Numbered from the stretch's first letter, positions 19,699 through 29,932 are shown. The stretch is DNA of 64,000 nt from Alphaproteobacteria bacterium (GCA_009691025.1 SHWB01000002.1:8300-72299); one strand, 5' to 3'. Made by a program: numbers and translations. Notes: generated from the letters alone by a model not told the origin.

Positions 19699-20361
19699 TC
19701 AGACGTGCCGACCGAGCGTGCGGGCCAGCAGTTCCGCGCCCAGCCGCACGCCCTCCTCGTCGATCGAATGCGGCAGGCCGGGGCGCAGATGCGCGTCGAC
19801 CGGCACGCCCGCCGCCCGCAGGGCGGCCTCGGCGAAGTCGAGTGCGCTCGACGGCAGGATCGGATCGGCGTCGCCATGCACCAGCAGCACCGGCGGCCGC
19901 GTCGCGATCTCATCGGGCAGTTTGTTGCCGGCCACGAGCGAGCCGGAATAGCCGACGATCGCCGCCGGGCCGATTTTTCGCCGCAGCCCGACATGCAGCG
20001 ACATCATCGTGCCCTGGCTGAAGCCGACCAGCGCCAGACGCTCGCCGCCGAGACCATGCTGCGCCAGCAGCGCGTCGAGGAAGGCGTCGAGGATTGGCGC
20101 GGCGGCGCGCACGCCGGCCTCGATCGTCGCCGGGCGGCGGTCCTGCAGGCTGAACCACTGGCGCCCGTAAGGCGCCATGTCGCAGGCCTCGGGCGCGTCG
20201 GGCGAGACGAACAGCGCATGCGGCAGCGCCCGCGCCAGGGCCGGCGCGAGGCCGATCAGATCGTTGCCGTCGGCACCCAGCCCGTGCAGCAGAACGACCA
20301 GCGAATAGGGGGGGCCGCCGGCGGCTGGACCGAAGGAAGGACCGTCGAGAGGCTGCGCCAT
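19699..20361 (-). CDS. Alpha/beta hydrolase (phospholipase/carboxylesterase family)
   Basis: 220 aa. ..LVVLLHGLGADGNDLI.., the nucleophile elbow GFSQGTM and ..LLVHGDADPILP.. are present. Confidence 0.8.
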   Translation of the reverse strand: MAQPLDGPSFGPAAGGPPYSLVVLLHGLGADGNDLIGLAPALARALPHALFVSPDAPEACDMAPYGRQWFSLQDRRPATIEAGVRAAAPILDAFLDALLAQHGLGGERLALVGFSQGTMMSLHVGLRRKIGPAAIVGYSGSLVAGNKLPDEIATRPPVLLVHGDADPILPSSALDFAEAALRAAGVPVDAHLRPGLPHSIDEEGVRLGAELLARTLGRHV

Positions 20362-20397
20362 GGATCGTGACTTTCCGGTTCGGGTTGCGCGCGCAGT

Positions 20398-21012
20398 CTA
20401 TACGGCATCGATGCTGTAGGCATGCCAGAGCAGCCGCGCCGCGGCGCTGCGCCACGGCCGCCAGACCACCGCCGCATGGCGCAGAACGGCCGGCTTCAGG
20501 CGCGCGCCGCCCTCGAACAGGCGGCCGGCGGCAACGGCGATGGCGAGGTCGTCGGCCGGCATGATGTCCGGCCGGCCGAGCGCGAACAGCAGGTAGCATT
20601 CGGCGCTCCAGAGGCCGAGGCCACGCTGCGCCGAGATGGCGGCGATGGCCTCCTCGTCCGCCATGCGGTGGACGCGGGCAAGGTCGAGTGCGCGCGCGGC
20701 GATGGCGCGGGCGAGAGACTGGCCGTAGCCGACCTTCGCGCGCGACAGGCCGAGGGCGCGCAGCGTGTCGTCGTCATGGTCGAGGAAAGCGGCAGGCTCG
20801 CCGGTCACGCCAGCCGCTTCCATGCGGGCCCAGATCGAGGCGGCGGCGCGCGCCGACAATTGCTGGCCGACGACGATGCGCAGCAAGGTCGAAAAGCCGG
20901 GCTTGAGCGCGCGCGGCTGCGGCGTGCCCGCGCGCTCCCACAGCGCGGCCATGCGCGGGTCGAGCAGCGCCAGTTCGCCGAGCGCGGCTTCGAGGCGTTT
21001 GCGTGTCTTCAT
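20398..21012 (-). CDS. DNA-3-methyladenine glycosylase II / HhH-GPD base-excision repair protein (AlkA-like)
   Basis: I start it at ATG 21012 (MKTRKRLE..). ..LLRIVVGQQLS..AA..I..R........ then LR..GLSR.K..Y...LA.A. and ..L...GLG.WSAE.YLLFALGR.D..PADDLA... Confidence 0.75.
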   Translation of the reverse strand: MKTRKRLEAALGELALLDPRMAALWERAGTPQPRALKPGFSTLLRIVVGQQLSARAAASIWARMEAAGVTGEPAAFLDHDDDTLRALGLSRAKVGYGQSLARAIAARALDLARVHRMADEEAIAAISAQRGLGLWSAECYLLFALGRPDIMPADDLAIAVAAGRLFEGGARLKPAVLRHAAVVWRPWRSAAARLLWHAYSIDAV

Positions 21013-21094
21013 GGTGCGGGCGACAATCCCCCGTCGATGGCGCGCCGGCCACCCGAAAGCGGATGCGCGCGACGCCGGAGGATAGCCCGCAGCC

Positions 21095-21982
21095 GTGATG
21101 TCCGCGACCGTCACCCGCTTCGCCCCGTCGCCGACCGGCGCGCTGCATCTCGGCCATGCCTACGCCGCGCTGTTCGCCTGGCGGGCGGCGCGGCATGCCG
21201 GCGGCCGCTTCGTGCTGCGCATCGAGGATCTCGATACATGCCGCGCGCGGGCCGGGCACGAGCAGGCGTTATTCGACGATCTGCGCTGGCTCGGCCTTGT
21301 CTGGGGCGAGCCGCCGCTGCACCAGTCGACGCGTGGCGCGGCCTACGCCGCCGCCCTCGACCGGCTCGACGCGCAGGGTCTGCTCTACCCCTGCTTCTGC
21401 ACGCGCAAGGAGATCCAGGACGAGATCGCGCGCGCCGCCAGCGCGCCGCACCTCGTCCACCACGGGCCGGACGGGCCGCTCTATCCCGGCACCTGCCGCG
21501 CGCTGCCGGTCGGCGAGCGCCGCAACAGGGTGGCGGCCGGCGAGGCGCATGCCCTGCGTCTCGACGTCGCCCACGCTGAATCCGTAGCTGGGCCGCTCGA
21601 CTGGATAGACCGGGGCAGGGGCCGCCAGCGGGCGACGCCCGAGCTGTTCGGCGATGCGGTGCTGGCGCGCAAGGATGTCGGCGCCGCCTACCACCTCGCC
21701 GTCGTCGTCGACGACGCGCATCAGGGGATCACTCTGGTCACGCGCGGCGAGGATTTGTTCGCCGCCTCGCATTTGCACCGCCTGCTGCAGGCGCTGCTTG
21801 GCCTGCCGGTGCCGGAATGGCACCATCACGGCCTCGTCGTCGACGCGAAGGGCCGGCGGATGGCCAAGCGCGACAATGCCGCCGCGCTCGCCGCGCTGCG
21901 CGCGCGTGGCGTTTCGCCGGACCGGGTCTGGTTGCTGGCCGAGGCACGGCTCGGCGGTGGTGTGTCGGTGGAGGGTCTGTAG
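21095..21982 (+). CDS. gluQ: tRNA glutamyl-Q(34) synthetase (GluQRS)
   Basis: ..TRFAPSPTGALHLGHAYAAL.AW..AR...G.F.LRIEDLD..R... then LLYPCFCTRKEI. A truncated GluRS-like class I catalytic domain. ATG 21098 is an alternative start. Confidence 0.85.
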   Translation: MMSATVTRFAPSPTGALHLGHAYAALFAWRAARHAGGRFVLRIEDLDTCRARAGHEQALFDDLRWLGLVWGEPPLHQSTRGAAYAAALDRLDAQGLLYPCFCTRKEIQDEIARAASAPHLVHHGPDGPLYPGTCRALPVGERRNRVAAGEAHALRLDVAHAESVAGPLDWIDRGRGRQRATPELFGDAVLARKDVGAAYHLAVVVDDAHQGITLVTRGEDLFAASHLHRLLQALLGLPVPEWHHHGLVVDAKGRRMAKRDNAAALAALRARGVSPDRVWLLAEARLGGGVSVEGL

Positions 21983-21997
21983 GTTCGGCTGTGCGGC

Positions 21998-22106
21998 GTC
22001 CTCGTCCTTCGACAGGCTCAGTATGAGGACGCGTGGCAAGGGCGGTGCGGGCTCAGCAAAGGCATTACCAAGACCGCCTCACCCTGAGCCTGTCGAAGGG
22101 CGAGAC
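21998..22106. repeat. Repeat family B, most complete copy (inverted arms cgtccttcgacaggctcag / ctgagcctgtcgaagggcg about 45 nt apart)
   Basis: The two arms are exact reverse complements over 15 nt. It lies in the convergent gap between the gluQ stop and the NUDIX gene stop. Confidence 0.6.
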
Positions 22107-22127
22107 GGTCCGGCGCCGCGCGGCTCT

Positions 22128-22982
22128 CTACTCCAGCGGCCGGCGCAGGTCGCGGACCAGCGTCGCGTAGTCCGGCGTCTCGGGGTCGAGCAGGCCGTGG
22201 CGCAGGGCGAAGTCGATGATCACAAGGTTTACGTTGAACTTGAAGCGGTCGCTCGACGCGGCTACAGAGAGGGCCTCGCGCGCCGGCATGCGCACGAAGC
22301 GGGAGACCTCGCCGTCGCTGTTGGCGGGCGTGAAGTCGGGCGGCACGACGAGGTCCCAGACGAACAGCACGTCGCGGCGCAGCCCCTCGGGCACCGCCAT
22401 GACGTAGGAGACGATGCCTGCCGGCCGAGCGGTGCGGGCCATCGCCTCGGGCACGCCAGCCTCCTCCTCGGCTTCCTTGACGACGTTGTCGGCCAGCGAC
22501 AGGCCGGCCGGCTGGCCGCCGGCGATCATGTTGTCGAACTTGCCCGGCGCGACGTTGCGATCCGTCGCACGCTCGCCGATCCACAGCACGAGCTCGTCCT
22601 CGCCGGCGACGATGCCGTTCACATGCACGCCCCAGGCGATGGTGCCGAAGCACGGCACGACGCCACGGTCGAGTGTGGCCAGCGGAGGCAGGCCCCAGGC
22701 GCGCGCCACCGGATACATCTCGCCGCGCAGGCCGGGCACGTCGCCGGCATAGGCCAGACGCTCGGCGACCTCGCCCAACGCGGCGGTGCGCGCGGCGGCA
22801 CTGGCGAGATGCGCGCGCAGCCGCACGCCGTCCTGCGCCATCTCGAAGGTGTCGGCGAACTCGGCGAGGCGGCGGGCGAAGGCCGGTTTCACGCGGCCGA
22901 TCGCCTGGCCGTCGATCCACAATGTCCAGTATTCGGCCGGGTCGTGCCGGTTGCAGGCGGCGATGTGGTCGGCCAGCGCCAT
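22128..22982 (-). CDS. NUDIX hydrolase (DUF4743-containing, thiamine-pyrophosphokinase-related type)
   Basis: 284 aa. The Nudix-box-like segment is GGQPAGLSLADNVVKEAEEEAGV. Confidence 0.7.
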   Translation of the reverse strand: MALADHIAACNRHDPAEYWTLWIDGQAIGRVKPAFARRLAEFADTFEMAQDGVRLRAHLASAAARTAALGEVAERLAYAGDVPGLRGEMYPVARAWGLPPLATLDRGVVPCFGTIAWGVHVNGIVAGEDELVLWIGERATDRNVAPGKFDNMIAGGQPAGLSLADNVVKEAEEEAGVPEAMARTARPAGIVSYVMAVPEGLRRDVLFVWDLVVPPDFTPANSDGEVSRFVRMPAREALSVAASSDRFKFNVNLVIIDFALRHGLLDPETPDYATLVRDLRRPLE

Positions 22983-22990
22983 CTTGCGCC

Positions 22991-23290
22991 TCAGCAGGCC
23001 GGCGCGGCGCGCTTCTCGTTCGCCATCACCAGCGTGACGCCCCAGACCTGCTGCATCTCGGCGATGAGGCGGACGGCTAGGTCGGGGTCGAGGCCGGCCA
23101 TTTCGAGGTCGACAGACAGCTCGTCGGCATGCCGGCCGCCGACGCTGGCGTGCAGGCGCGTCGGCATCAGGCCGCGCTTGCAGAACAGTTCGAGCAGGCG
23201 CGGCATCACGCCGACATCGACGGCAGCATGCACCGAAAAGCAGGCCGTGGACGGCTGATCAAGGGCGACGGTGCGTTCAGGGGAAGACAT
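22991..23290 (-). CDS. Hypothetical protein (small, ACT-like?)
   Basis: I start it at ATG 23290 (MSSPERTVALDQPSTACFSVHAAVDVGVMPRLLELFCKRGL..), 99 aa. No family securely recognised. Confidence 0.4.
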   Translation of the reverse strand: MSSPERTVALDQPSTACFSVHAAVDVGVMPRLLELFCKRGLMPTRLHASVGGRHADELSVDLEMAGLDPDLAVRLIAEMQQVWGVTLVMANEKRAAPAC

Positions 23291-23484
23291 GGCTCGCGGG
23301 CTCCGCATGAGAATTTCGGGTCGAAGGGGCAGGATTTCCCGGACGCGCGCGGAAAAAGCCGGCGCGCGCCGGGCTGCCAATTCGCCGAATGCGAAGCTGC
23401 GAGACCATGACCCCAACCTAGGCGCCGACCCGCCGCGGGTCAAGCGCGCTCGCCAAGGCGGGCGGCGCGGATTATATCTGCGCG

Positions 23485-23688
23485 ATGGCTACTGTCCTCG
23501 CAATTCTCGTCGGCTTCACCCTGCTCGCGGTCGTCGGCGTGCTGGCCGCGGGCGTGCTAGGCATGGCACGCGGCGGCGAATTCAACCGGCGCCACGGCAA
23601 CCGGCTGATGCGCTACCGCGTCGGCCTGCAGTTCCTCGCCGTGGTGCTGATCGTCGTGCTGGTACTGGTAGTACGCGGCGGCGGCTGA
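23485..23688 (+). CDS. Twin-transmembrane-helix small protein (HIG1-like)
   Basis: 67 aa with two TM helices flanking ..GMARGGEFNRRHGNRLMRYRV.. Confidence 0.7.
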   Translation: MATVLAILVGFTLLAVVGVLAAGVLGMARGGEFNRRHGNRLMRYRVGLQFLAVVLIVVLVLVVRGGG

Positions 23689-23690
23689 GA

Positions 23691-24257
23691 ATGGCCGTCC
23701 GCCTCACCCGCATCTACACGCGCGGCGGCGACAAGGGCGAAACCTCGCTCGCCGACGGCAGTCGCGTGCCCAAACACGATCTGCGCGTGGCGACCTACGG
23801 TACGGTCGACGAGGCCAACGCGACCATCGGCCTCGCCCGCCTGCATACGGCTGGCGTGGCCGACGCCATGCTGGCCCGCATCCAGAACGATCTGTTCGAC
23901 CTCGGCGCCGACCTGTCGACGCCGGAGGACGGCAGGCGCGGGCCCGGCGCGCTGCGCATCGTCGCGGCGCAGGTCGAACGGCTGGAGCGCGAGATCGACG
24001 CCATGAACGAGCGTCTCGCGCCCCTCGACTCCTTCGTCCTGCCGGGCGGCAGCGCCGCCGCCGCCTGGCTGCACCTCGCCCGCACGGTGACGCGGCGGGC
24101 CGAGCGGCTGGCGAGCGATCTGGCGGACGACGTGCCGGTCAATCCTGCCGCGCTGCAATACGTCAATCGACTGTCCGACCATCTGTTCGTACTGGCCCGT
24201 CACCTCAACTATGACGGCCGCTCCGACGTGCTCTGGGTGCCCGGCGCGAACCGGTGA
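23691..24257 (+). CDS. ATP:cob(I)alamin adenosyltransferase, PduO type
   Basis: MAVRLTRIYTRGGDKGETSL.DGSRV.K...RV..YG.VDE.N... then FVLPGG...AA.LH.AR.V.RRAER and ..YVNRLSD.LFVLAR. Confidence 0.85.
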   Translation: MAVRLTRIYTRGGDKGETSLADGSRVPKHDLRVATYGTVDEANATIGLARLHTAGVADAMLARIQNDLFDLGADLSTPEDGRRGPGALRIVAAQVERLEREIDAMNERLAPLDSFVLPGGSAAAAWLHLARTVTRRAERLASDLADDVPVNPAALQYVNRLSDHLFVLARHLNYDGRSDVLWVPGANR

Positions 24258-24407
24258 CCAGCCCGTGAAATCGCGGGTCCCCGCCTCGTTGACACTCCTG
24301 TGACGCTGCGGCATGTTGCACTGCGAAATAACTGAAACGAGCGCCTGTGCGGGGTCCATGCGGTCCGCCCGCGCCATTGGCGCCGCCACCTGCGGGATGT
24401 CAGCCGC

Positions 24408-25157
24408 ATGAAGATCCTTGTCCCCGTCAAGCGGGTCGTCGACTACAATGTCAAGATCCGCGTGAAGGCCGATCGCACCGGCGTCGAGACGGCCAACGTC
24501 AAGATGTCGATGAACCCCTTCGACGAGATCGCCGTCGAGGAGGCCGTGCGCCTCAAGGAGGCGGGCAAGGCCGAGGAGATCGTCGCCGTCTCCATCGGCC
24601 CGGCGCAGTGCCAGGAGACGATCCGCACCGCACTGGCGATGGGGGCCGACCGCGGCATCCATGTGCTGGCGGAGGGCGAGGTCGAGCCGCTCGCCGTGGC
24701 CAAGATGCTGAAGGCGCTGGTCGACAGGGAGCAACCCGGCCTCGTTGTGCTCGGCAAGCAGGCCATCGACGACGATTCCAACCAGACCGGCCAGATGCTC
24801 GCCGCGCTGCTCGGCTGGGGGCAGGCGACCTTCGCCTCGAAGGTCGAGCTGGGCGACGGCGAGGCGATCGTGACGCGCGAGGTCGATGGCGGCCTCGAGA
24901 CCATCAAGGTCCGGATGCCGGCCATCGTCACCACCGATCTGCGCCTCAACGAGCCGCGCTACGCCTCGCTGCCCAACATCATGAAGGCCAAGCGCAAGAC
25001 GATCGACCAGACGAAGCCGGCCGATCTCGGCGTCGACTCGGCGCCGCGCCTGCAGGTGCTGGAAGTCGTCGAGCCGGCGAAGCGCCAGGCGGGCGTTAAG
25101 GTTTCTTCGGTCGCGGAGCTGGTCGACAAGCTGCGCAACGAGGCGAAGGTGATCTGA
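24408..25157 (+). CDS. etfB: Electron transfer flavoprotein, beta subunit
   Basis: [23 protein letters not shown]......[19 protein letters not shown]. Confidence 0.92.
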   Translation: MKILVPVKRVVDYNVKIRVKADRTGVETANVKMSMNPFDEIAVEEAVRLKEAGKAEEIVAVSIGPAQCQETIRTALAMGADRGIHVLAEGEVEPLAVAKMLKALVDREQPGLVVLGKQAIDDDSNQTGQMLAALLGWGQATFASKVELGDGEAIVTREVDGGLETIKVRMPAIVTTDLRLNEPRYASLPNIMKAKRKTIDQTKPADLGVDSAPRLQVLEVVEPAKRQAGVKVSSVAELVDKLRNEAKVI

Positions 25158-26110
25158 TGGCTGTCCTCGTCGTCGCCGAACACGACAACCGGCATATCAG
25201 GCCCGCCACCCTCAACACCGTGACCGCGGCGGTCGCGCTGTCCGGCCACGGCGCCGGCGACATCGTCGTGCTGGTAGCCGGCAAGGATTGCGCCGGGGCG
25301 GCGAAGGAAGCCTCCGCGATCGCCGGCGTGGCGAAGGTGCTGGTCGTCGACGACGCGGCCTTCGCGCATCCGCTGGCCGAGCCGATGGCCGACCTCGTCG
25401 TCGGCCTCGCCAAAGGTTACAGCCATGTGCTGACGCCGGCGACGACCACCGGCAAGAACTTCCTGCCGCGCGTCGCGGCGCTGCTCGACGTGCAGCAGAT
25501 CTCCGAGATCTCGGCGGTGCAGTCCGCCGACACCTTCGTGCGCCCGATCTATGCCGGCAATGCGCTGGCGACGGTCAAATCGTCGGACGCCGTCAAGGCG
25601 ATCACGGTGCGCACCACCGGCTTCGACGCGGCGAAGACGGGCGCCGGCCCGGCGCCTGTCGAGAGCATCGGCGCGGTGCCGGATCGCGGCCTGTCGAGTT
25701 TCGTCAGTACCGCCGACAGCGGCCGCGACCGGCCGGAACTCACGGCCGCGCGCATCGTCATCTCCGGCGGCCGCGGCATCGGCTCGGCCGATAATTTCTC
25801 GCTGATCGAGCCGGTCGCCGACGCGCTGGGCGCGGCCATCGGTGCATCGCGCGCGGCGGTCGATGCCGGCTACGCGCCGAACGACTGGCAGGTCGGCCAG
25901 ACCGGCAAGGTGGTGGCGCCGCAGCTCTACATCGCGGTCGGCATTTCCGGCGCCATACAGCACCTCGCCGGCATGAAGGACTCGAAGGTCATCGTGGCCA
26001 TAAACAAGGATGAGGAAGCGCCGATTTTCCAGGTCGCCGATTACGGTCTGGTGGCCGATCTGTTCAAGGCGCTGCCGGAGCTTGCCGCGGCACTCGGCAA
26101 GCCCGCCTGA
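25157..26110 (+). CDS. etfA: Electron transfer flavoprotein, alpha subunit
   Basis: 1-nt overlap with the etfB stop. ..RPIYAGNA...V......K..TVR...F and ..VVSGGRG.GS..NF.L...[42 protein letters not shown]. Confidence 0.92.
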   Translation: MAVLVVAEHDNRHIRPATLNTVTAAVALSGHGAGDIVVLVAGKDCAGAAKEASAIAGVAKVLVVDDAAFAHPLAEPMADLVVGLAKGYSHVLTPATTTGKNFLPRVAALLDVQQISEISAVQSADTFVRPIYAGNALATVKSSDAVKAITVRTTGFDAAKTGAGPAPVESIGAVPDRGLSSFVSTADSGRDRPELTAARIVISGGRGIGSADNFSLIEPVADALGAAIGASRAAVDAGYAPNDWQVGQTGKVVAPQLYIAVGISGAIQHLAGMKDSKVIVAINKDEEAPIFQVADYGLVADLFKALPELAAALGKPA

Positions 26111-26129
26111 GGCGCACGAGAGGGAAACG

Positions 26130-27011
26130 ATGAGCTCAACCGTCAACCGCCTCGGCGTCGTCGGCGCCGGGCAAATGGGCAACGGCATCGCCCATGTCGC
26201 CGCCATTGCCGGCATGAGCGTCACCATCGTCGACGCGCAGCCGGCCGTGCTGGAGCGCGCCAAGGGCGTGATCGAGCAGAACATGGCCCGCCAGGTGAAG
26301 CGCGGCCTGCTCGACGAGGCCGACAAGGCCGGGGCCAAGAGCCGCATCGCGCTGGCCGGCGACCTCAAGGCCCTGTCCGACTGCGACGTGGTGATCGAGG
26401 CGGTCACCGAGGACGAGAAGGTCAAGGTGGCGATCTACAAGCAGCTATGTCCGCTGCTGAAGCCCGGGGCCATCGTCTGTTCCAACACCTCGTCGATCTC
26501 GATCACGCGTCTCGCCTCGGCCACCGACCGGCCGGCCCGGTTCATGGGCATGCACTTCATGAACCCCGTGCCGGTGATGAAGCTGGTCGAGCTGATCCGC
26601 GGCCTCGCCACCGACGACGCCACCTTCGCCACGGTCACCGAGCTGGCCAAGCGCATGGGCAAGATTGGCACGGTGTCGGAGGATTTCCCGGCCTTCATCG
26701 TCAACCGGGTGCTGCTGCCGATGATCAACGAGGCCGTCTACGTCCTCTACGAGGGCGTCGGCACGGTCGATTCGATAGATACCTCGATGAAGCTCGGGGC
26801 CAACCACCCGATGGGCCCGCTGGAACTGGCCGATTTCATCGGCCTCGATACCTGCTTGTCGATCATGCAGGTGCTTTACGACGGCCTCGCCGATTCGAAG
26901 TACCGGCCCTGCCCGCTGATGGTGAAGTACGTCGAGGCCGGCTGGCTCGGCCGCAAGGTCGGCCGCGGCTTCTACGATTACTCGGGCGAGACGCCGGTGC
27001 CGACGCGGTAG
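26130..27011 (+). CDS. hbd: 3-hydroxybutyryl-CoA (3-hydroxyacyl-CoA) dehydrogenase
   Basis: ATG 26130. ..LGVVGAGQMGNGIAHV.A..G..V...D ... FMGMHFMNPVPVMKLVELIRG..T ... FIVNR.L.PMINEA... Confidence 0.9.
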   Translation: MSSTVNRLGVVGAGQMGNGIAHVAAIAGMSVTIVDAQPAVLERAKGVIEQNMARQVKRGLLDEADKAGAKSRIALAGDLKALSDCDVVIEAVTEDEKVKVAIYKQLCPLLKPGAIVCSNTSSISITRLASATDRPARFMGMHFMNPVPVMKLVELIRGLATDDATFATVTELAKRMGKIGTVSEDFPAFIVNRVLLPMINEAVYVLYEGVGTVDSIDTSMKLGANHPMGPLELADFIGLDTCLSIMQVLYDGLADSKYRPCPLMVKYVEAGWLGRKVGRGFYDYSGETPVPTR

Positions 27012-27121
27012 GCGGCCTGCCGCGCCTCGTCCGATCGCCGGATTTTCCATCCGGCCAACGCCCATTGTTGCTAGACTGTGCGGATGATTGGCACCACGAC
27101 CGCCTGGGTCGGGGGAGAAAG

Positions 27122-27349
27122 ATGAAATTCATGCGCATCACGACCGATCCCGCGCAAATGGGTGGCGTCCTGTGCATACGCGGGCTGCGGATTCCGGTTG
27201 GCACGGTCGTGGCCATGATCGCCGACGGCATGACCGAGGCAGAGATTCTCGCCGATTATCCTGACCTCATGCAGGAGGATATCCTCGAGGCTCTGCGGTT
27301 TGCCGCGGAAGCGGTGAGGGAACGCGAGTTGCCGCTGACGGTTCCGTGA
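27122..27349 (+). CDS. DUF433-family antitoxin-like protein
   Basis: 75 aa. ..ITTDPAQMGGVLCIRGLRIPV..V......G.T..EIL.DYP.L...DI.EAL.FA. The stop overlaps the next gene's GTG (GTGA). Confidence 0.75.
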   Translation: MKFMRITTDPAQMGGVLCIRGLRIPVGTVVAMIADGMTEAEILADYPDLMQEDILEALRFAAEAVRERELPLTVP

Positions 27350-27723
27350 GGTTTCTCGTCGACAACGCTCTCTCGCCGGTTGTCGCCCGATCTTTGTGCG
27401 AGGGCGGACACGACGCCGTCCATGTCCGCGAACTGGGAATTCAGCACGCGACTGACGAAGTGATCTTCGCGCGCGCCTCTGCCGATGATCGAATCGTAGT
27501 TTCCTCTGACACCTATTTTGGTGGACTGGTGCTGCGGCAGGCATACCGACCACCGTCCGTCATATTGCTTCGCCGGGGAACAGACCTGCGTCCGCAACGA
27601 CAAGCCGCGTTGCTGACGGCTAATTTGCCCACCATCGAGGCCGACCTGCGAACGGGCTGCATCGTGGTCATTGAAGAAGGCCGCTTGCGGATTCGTCGCC
27701 TTGCCGAGGGCCGGGATTGCTAG
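27346..27723 (+). CDS. DUF5615 (PIN-like / Mut7-C-like) toxin-like protein
   Basis: 125 aa with a GTG start. MRFLVDNALSP.VA..L...GHDAVHVRELG...A.D..IF..A...DRI.VS.D. Confidence 0.7.
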   Translation: MRFLVDNALSPVVARSLCEGGHDAVHVRELGIQHATDEVIFARASADDRIVVSSDTYFGGLVLRQAYRPPSVILLRRGTDLRPQRQAALLTANLPTIEADLRTGCIVVIEEGRLRIRRLAEGRDC

Positions 27724-28262
27724 TTGCCGGCTGCAATGTACCGCCCGACCAGCGCCACCGCCTCTGGCGAGGCCCAGTCGGCGGGGCCGACGAGGCGGCC
27801 TATCTCGCGGCCCGCGGCGTCGACCAGCAGGGTGGTCGGCAGGTCGCCGACGCCGAGCGCCCGCGACAGCTTCAGCTTCTCGTCGACGAAGCGGTAGGGC
27901 AGCTTGATGCCGAGCTTTTCGAGGTAGGGCTCGGTGCGGGCGAGGCCGCGCGGGTCCTGGCTAACCAGCACCACACTGGCCTTCGCCTGGTTGAGCGCCG
28001 CCTGCAGCGCCTGCAGCGAGGGCAGTTCGGCGACGCAGGGGGCGCACCATGTGGCCCAGAAATTCACCACCAGCACCCGGCCGCGTAGATCGGCCAGGCG
28101 CGCGGTCTTGCCGGCCTCTCCGGGCGCCAGCACGGGGATGTCCGGCATTGGCGCCGGCGCGGGGGCGGGGTTAAAGTCGTCGATGCCGCCATCGCGCGCG
28201 GCGGCAGTGGCCGCCGTCGCCAGAAGCATGGCCATCATCGCCGCGAGCAGTCCTGCCCTCAT
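27720..28262 (-). CDS. TlpA-family thiol:disulfide oxidoreductase (periplasmic thioredoxin-like)
   Basis: I start it at ATG 28262 ([22 protein letters not shown] signal). Active site ..[19 protein letters not shown]... Confidence 0.8.
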   Translation of the reverse strand: MRAGLLAAMMAMLLATAATAAARDGGIDDFNPAPAPAPMPDIPVLAPGEAGKTARLADLRGRVLVVNFWATWCAPCVAELPSLQALQAALNQAKASVVLVSQDPRGLARTEPYLEKLGIKLPYRFVDEKLKLSRALGVGDLPTTLLVDAAGREIGRLVGPADWASPEAVALVGRYIAAGN

Positions 28263-28316
28263 GTCGTGTCCGCACCCGTTCCATCGTCGCCAGGCCCTCA
28301 CTTGGGGCCGCCGCGC

Positions 28317-29774
28317 ATGAGCCGCAAGACTAGCCGCAAGGCGCCGGGCGGCAAGCCCGTGCGTGCGGCCCCCGTGCGTGCGGCCAATGTGCAATGGGGC
28401 GGTCGCTTCGCCGGCGGGCCGGCCGAGGCGATGGAGCGCATCAACGCCTCGATCCGCTTCGACAAGCGCATGTGGGCGCAGGACATCGCCGGCAGCCTGG
28501 CGCATGCCGCGATGCTGGCCGCGCAGGGCATCGTCGCGAAGGCCGACGCCGCCGCCATCGCCGGCGGCCTCGATGCCATCGCGCGCGACATCGCGGCGGG
28601 GAATTTCGAGTTCAAGGTGGCGATGGAAGACATCCACATGAATGTCGAGGCGGCACTGGCCGAGCGCATTGGCGCGCCGGCCGGACGGCTGCACACCGCC
28701 CGCTCGCGCAACGACCAGGTGGCGACAGACATGCGCCTGTGGGTGCGCGATGCCATCGACGGGCTCGATGCGCGCCTCTCCGGGGTGCAGGCGGCACTGC
28801 TCGACCAGGCAGCGGCGCATGCCGCCACCGTGATGCCCGGATTCACGCATCTGCAGACGGCGCAGCCCGTCACCTTCGGCCACCACATGCTGGCCTATGT
28901 CGAGATGTTCGGGCGCGATCGCGGCCGTCTCGCCGATTGCCGCAAGCGGGGCAACGAGAGCCCGCTCGGCGCCGGCGCGCTGGCCGGCACGTCTTTTCCC
29001 ATCGATCGCGCGATGACGGCGAAGGCGCTCGGCTTCGACCGGCCGATGGCCAATTCGCTCGATGCCGTGTCGGATCGTGACTTTGCGCTGGAGTTCCTTG
29101 CCGCCGCCGCCATCCTCGCCGTGCATTGCTCCCGGCTGGCGGAGGAGCTGGTGATCTGGTCGTCGCAGCCCTTCGCCTTCGTGCGCCTGTCGGACGCCTT
29201 CACCACCGGCTCCTCGATGATGCCGCAGAAGCGCAACCCCGACGCCGCCGAGCTGGCCAGGGGCAAGGCCGGGCGCGTGCTCGGCGCCTTCACCGCGCTG
29301 GCCGTCGTCCTCAAGGGCCTGCCGCTGGCCTATGGCAAGGACATGCAGGAGGACAAGGAGCCGGTCTTCGACGCCGCCGATACGCTCGACCTCGTGCTGG
29401 CGGCGATGGCCGGCATGATCGCCGATCTGACGGTAGACGCGGTGGCGATGCGGCGGGTGGCCGAGCAGGGCTTCCCGACGGCGACCGACCTCGCCGACTG
29501 GCTGGTGCAGGCGTTGGGCATACCTTTTCGCGAGGCGCACCACATCACCGGCCGCATCGTGCGCCGCGCCGAGGAACGGGGCGTGTCGCTGGCGGAATTG
29601 CCGCTCGCCGAGATGCAGGCGATCGACCAGCGCATCGACGAGCGCGTCCATGCCGTCCTCACCGTCGAGGCGGCTCTGGCCAGCCGCACCAGCCTCGGCG
29701 GCACCGCGCCGAAGCGGGTGAAGGCCGCAATCGCCGCCGCCCGCCGTCGCTGGCTGGGGAAGACGAAGCGATGA
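28317..29774 (+). CDS. argH: Argininosuccinate lyase
   Basis: ..WGGRF.....A.ME.INASI.FD.R....DI.GS.AHA.ML... and [12 protein letters not shown]. The start is uncertain: ATG 28317, with in-frame GTG alternatives at 28374 and 28389. Confidence 0.93.
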   Translation: MSRKTSRKAPGGKPVRAAPVRAANVQWGGRFAGGPAEAMERINASIRFDKRMWAQDIAGSLAHAAMLAAQGIVAKADAAAIAGGLDAIARDIAAGNFEFKVAMEDIHMNVEAALAERIGAPAGRLHTARSRNDQVATDMRLWVRDAIDGLDARLSGVQAALLDQAAAHAATVMPGFTHLQTAQPVTFGHHMLAYVEMFGRDRGRLADCRKRGNESPLGAGALAGTSFPIDRAMTAKALGFDRPMANSLDAVSDRDFALEFLAAAAILAVHCSRLAEELVIWSSQPFAFVRLSDAFTTGSSMMPQKRNPDAAELARGKAGRVLGAFTALAVVLKGLPLAYGKDMQEDKEPVFDAADTLDLVLAAMAGMIADLTVDAVAMRRVAEQGFPTATDLADWLVQALGIPFREAHHITGRIVRRAEERGVSLAELPLAEMQAIDQRIDERVHAVLTVEAALASRTSLGGTAPKRVKAAIAAARRRWLGKTKR

Positions 29775-29790
29775 TCAGGCGTACCGGGCT

Positions 29791-29907
29791 CGCGGGTAAC
29801 AGCCCCCACCTCACCCTGCCCTCTCTGCCCCAGAGGGCGGAGGGGGTGATCGAACGCCATTACGATTTCTCCCTATCCGCCCCGGGGGGCGGAGAGGGTC
29901 GGGGTGA
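29791..29907. repeat. Repeat family C, full-length copy (about 117 bp, 15-nt terminal inverted repeats)
   Basis: agcccccacctcacc at 29791-29805 is the reverse complement of ggtgaggtgggggct at 29893-29907. There are two internal hairpins (ccctctctgccccagagggcggaggg and ccctatccgccccggggggcggagaggg). Lies between argH and a small lipoprotein gene. Confidence 0.65.
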
Positions 29908-29932
29908 GGTGGGGGCTCTACCGACACGGCGA

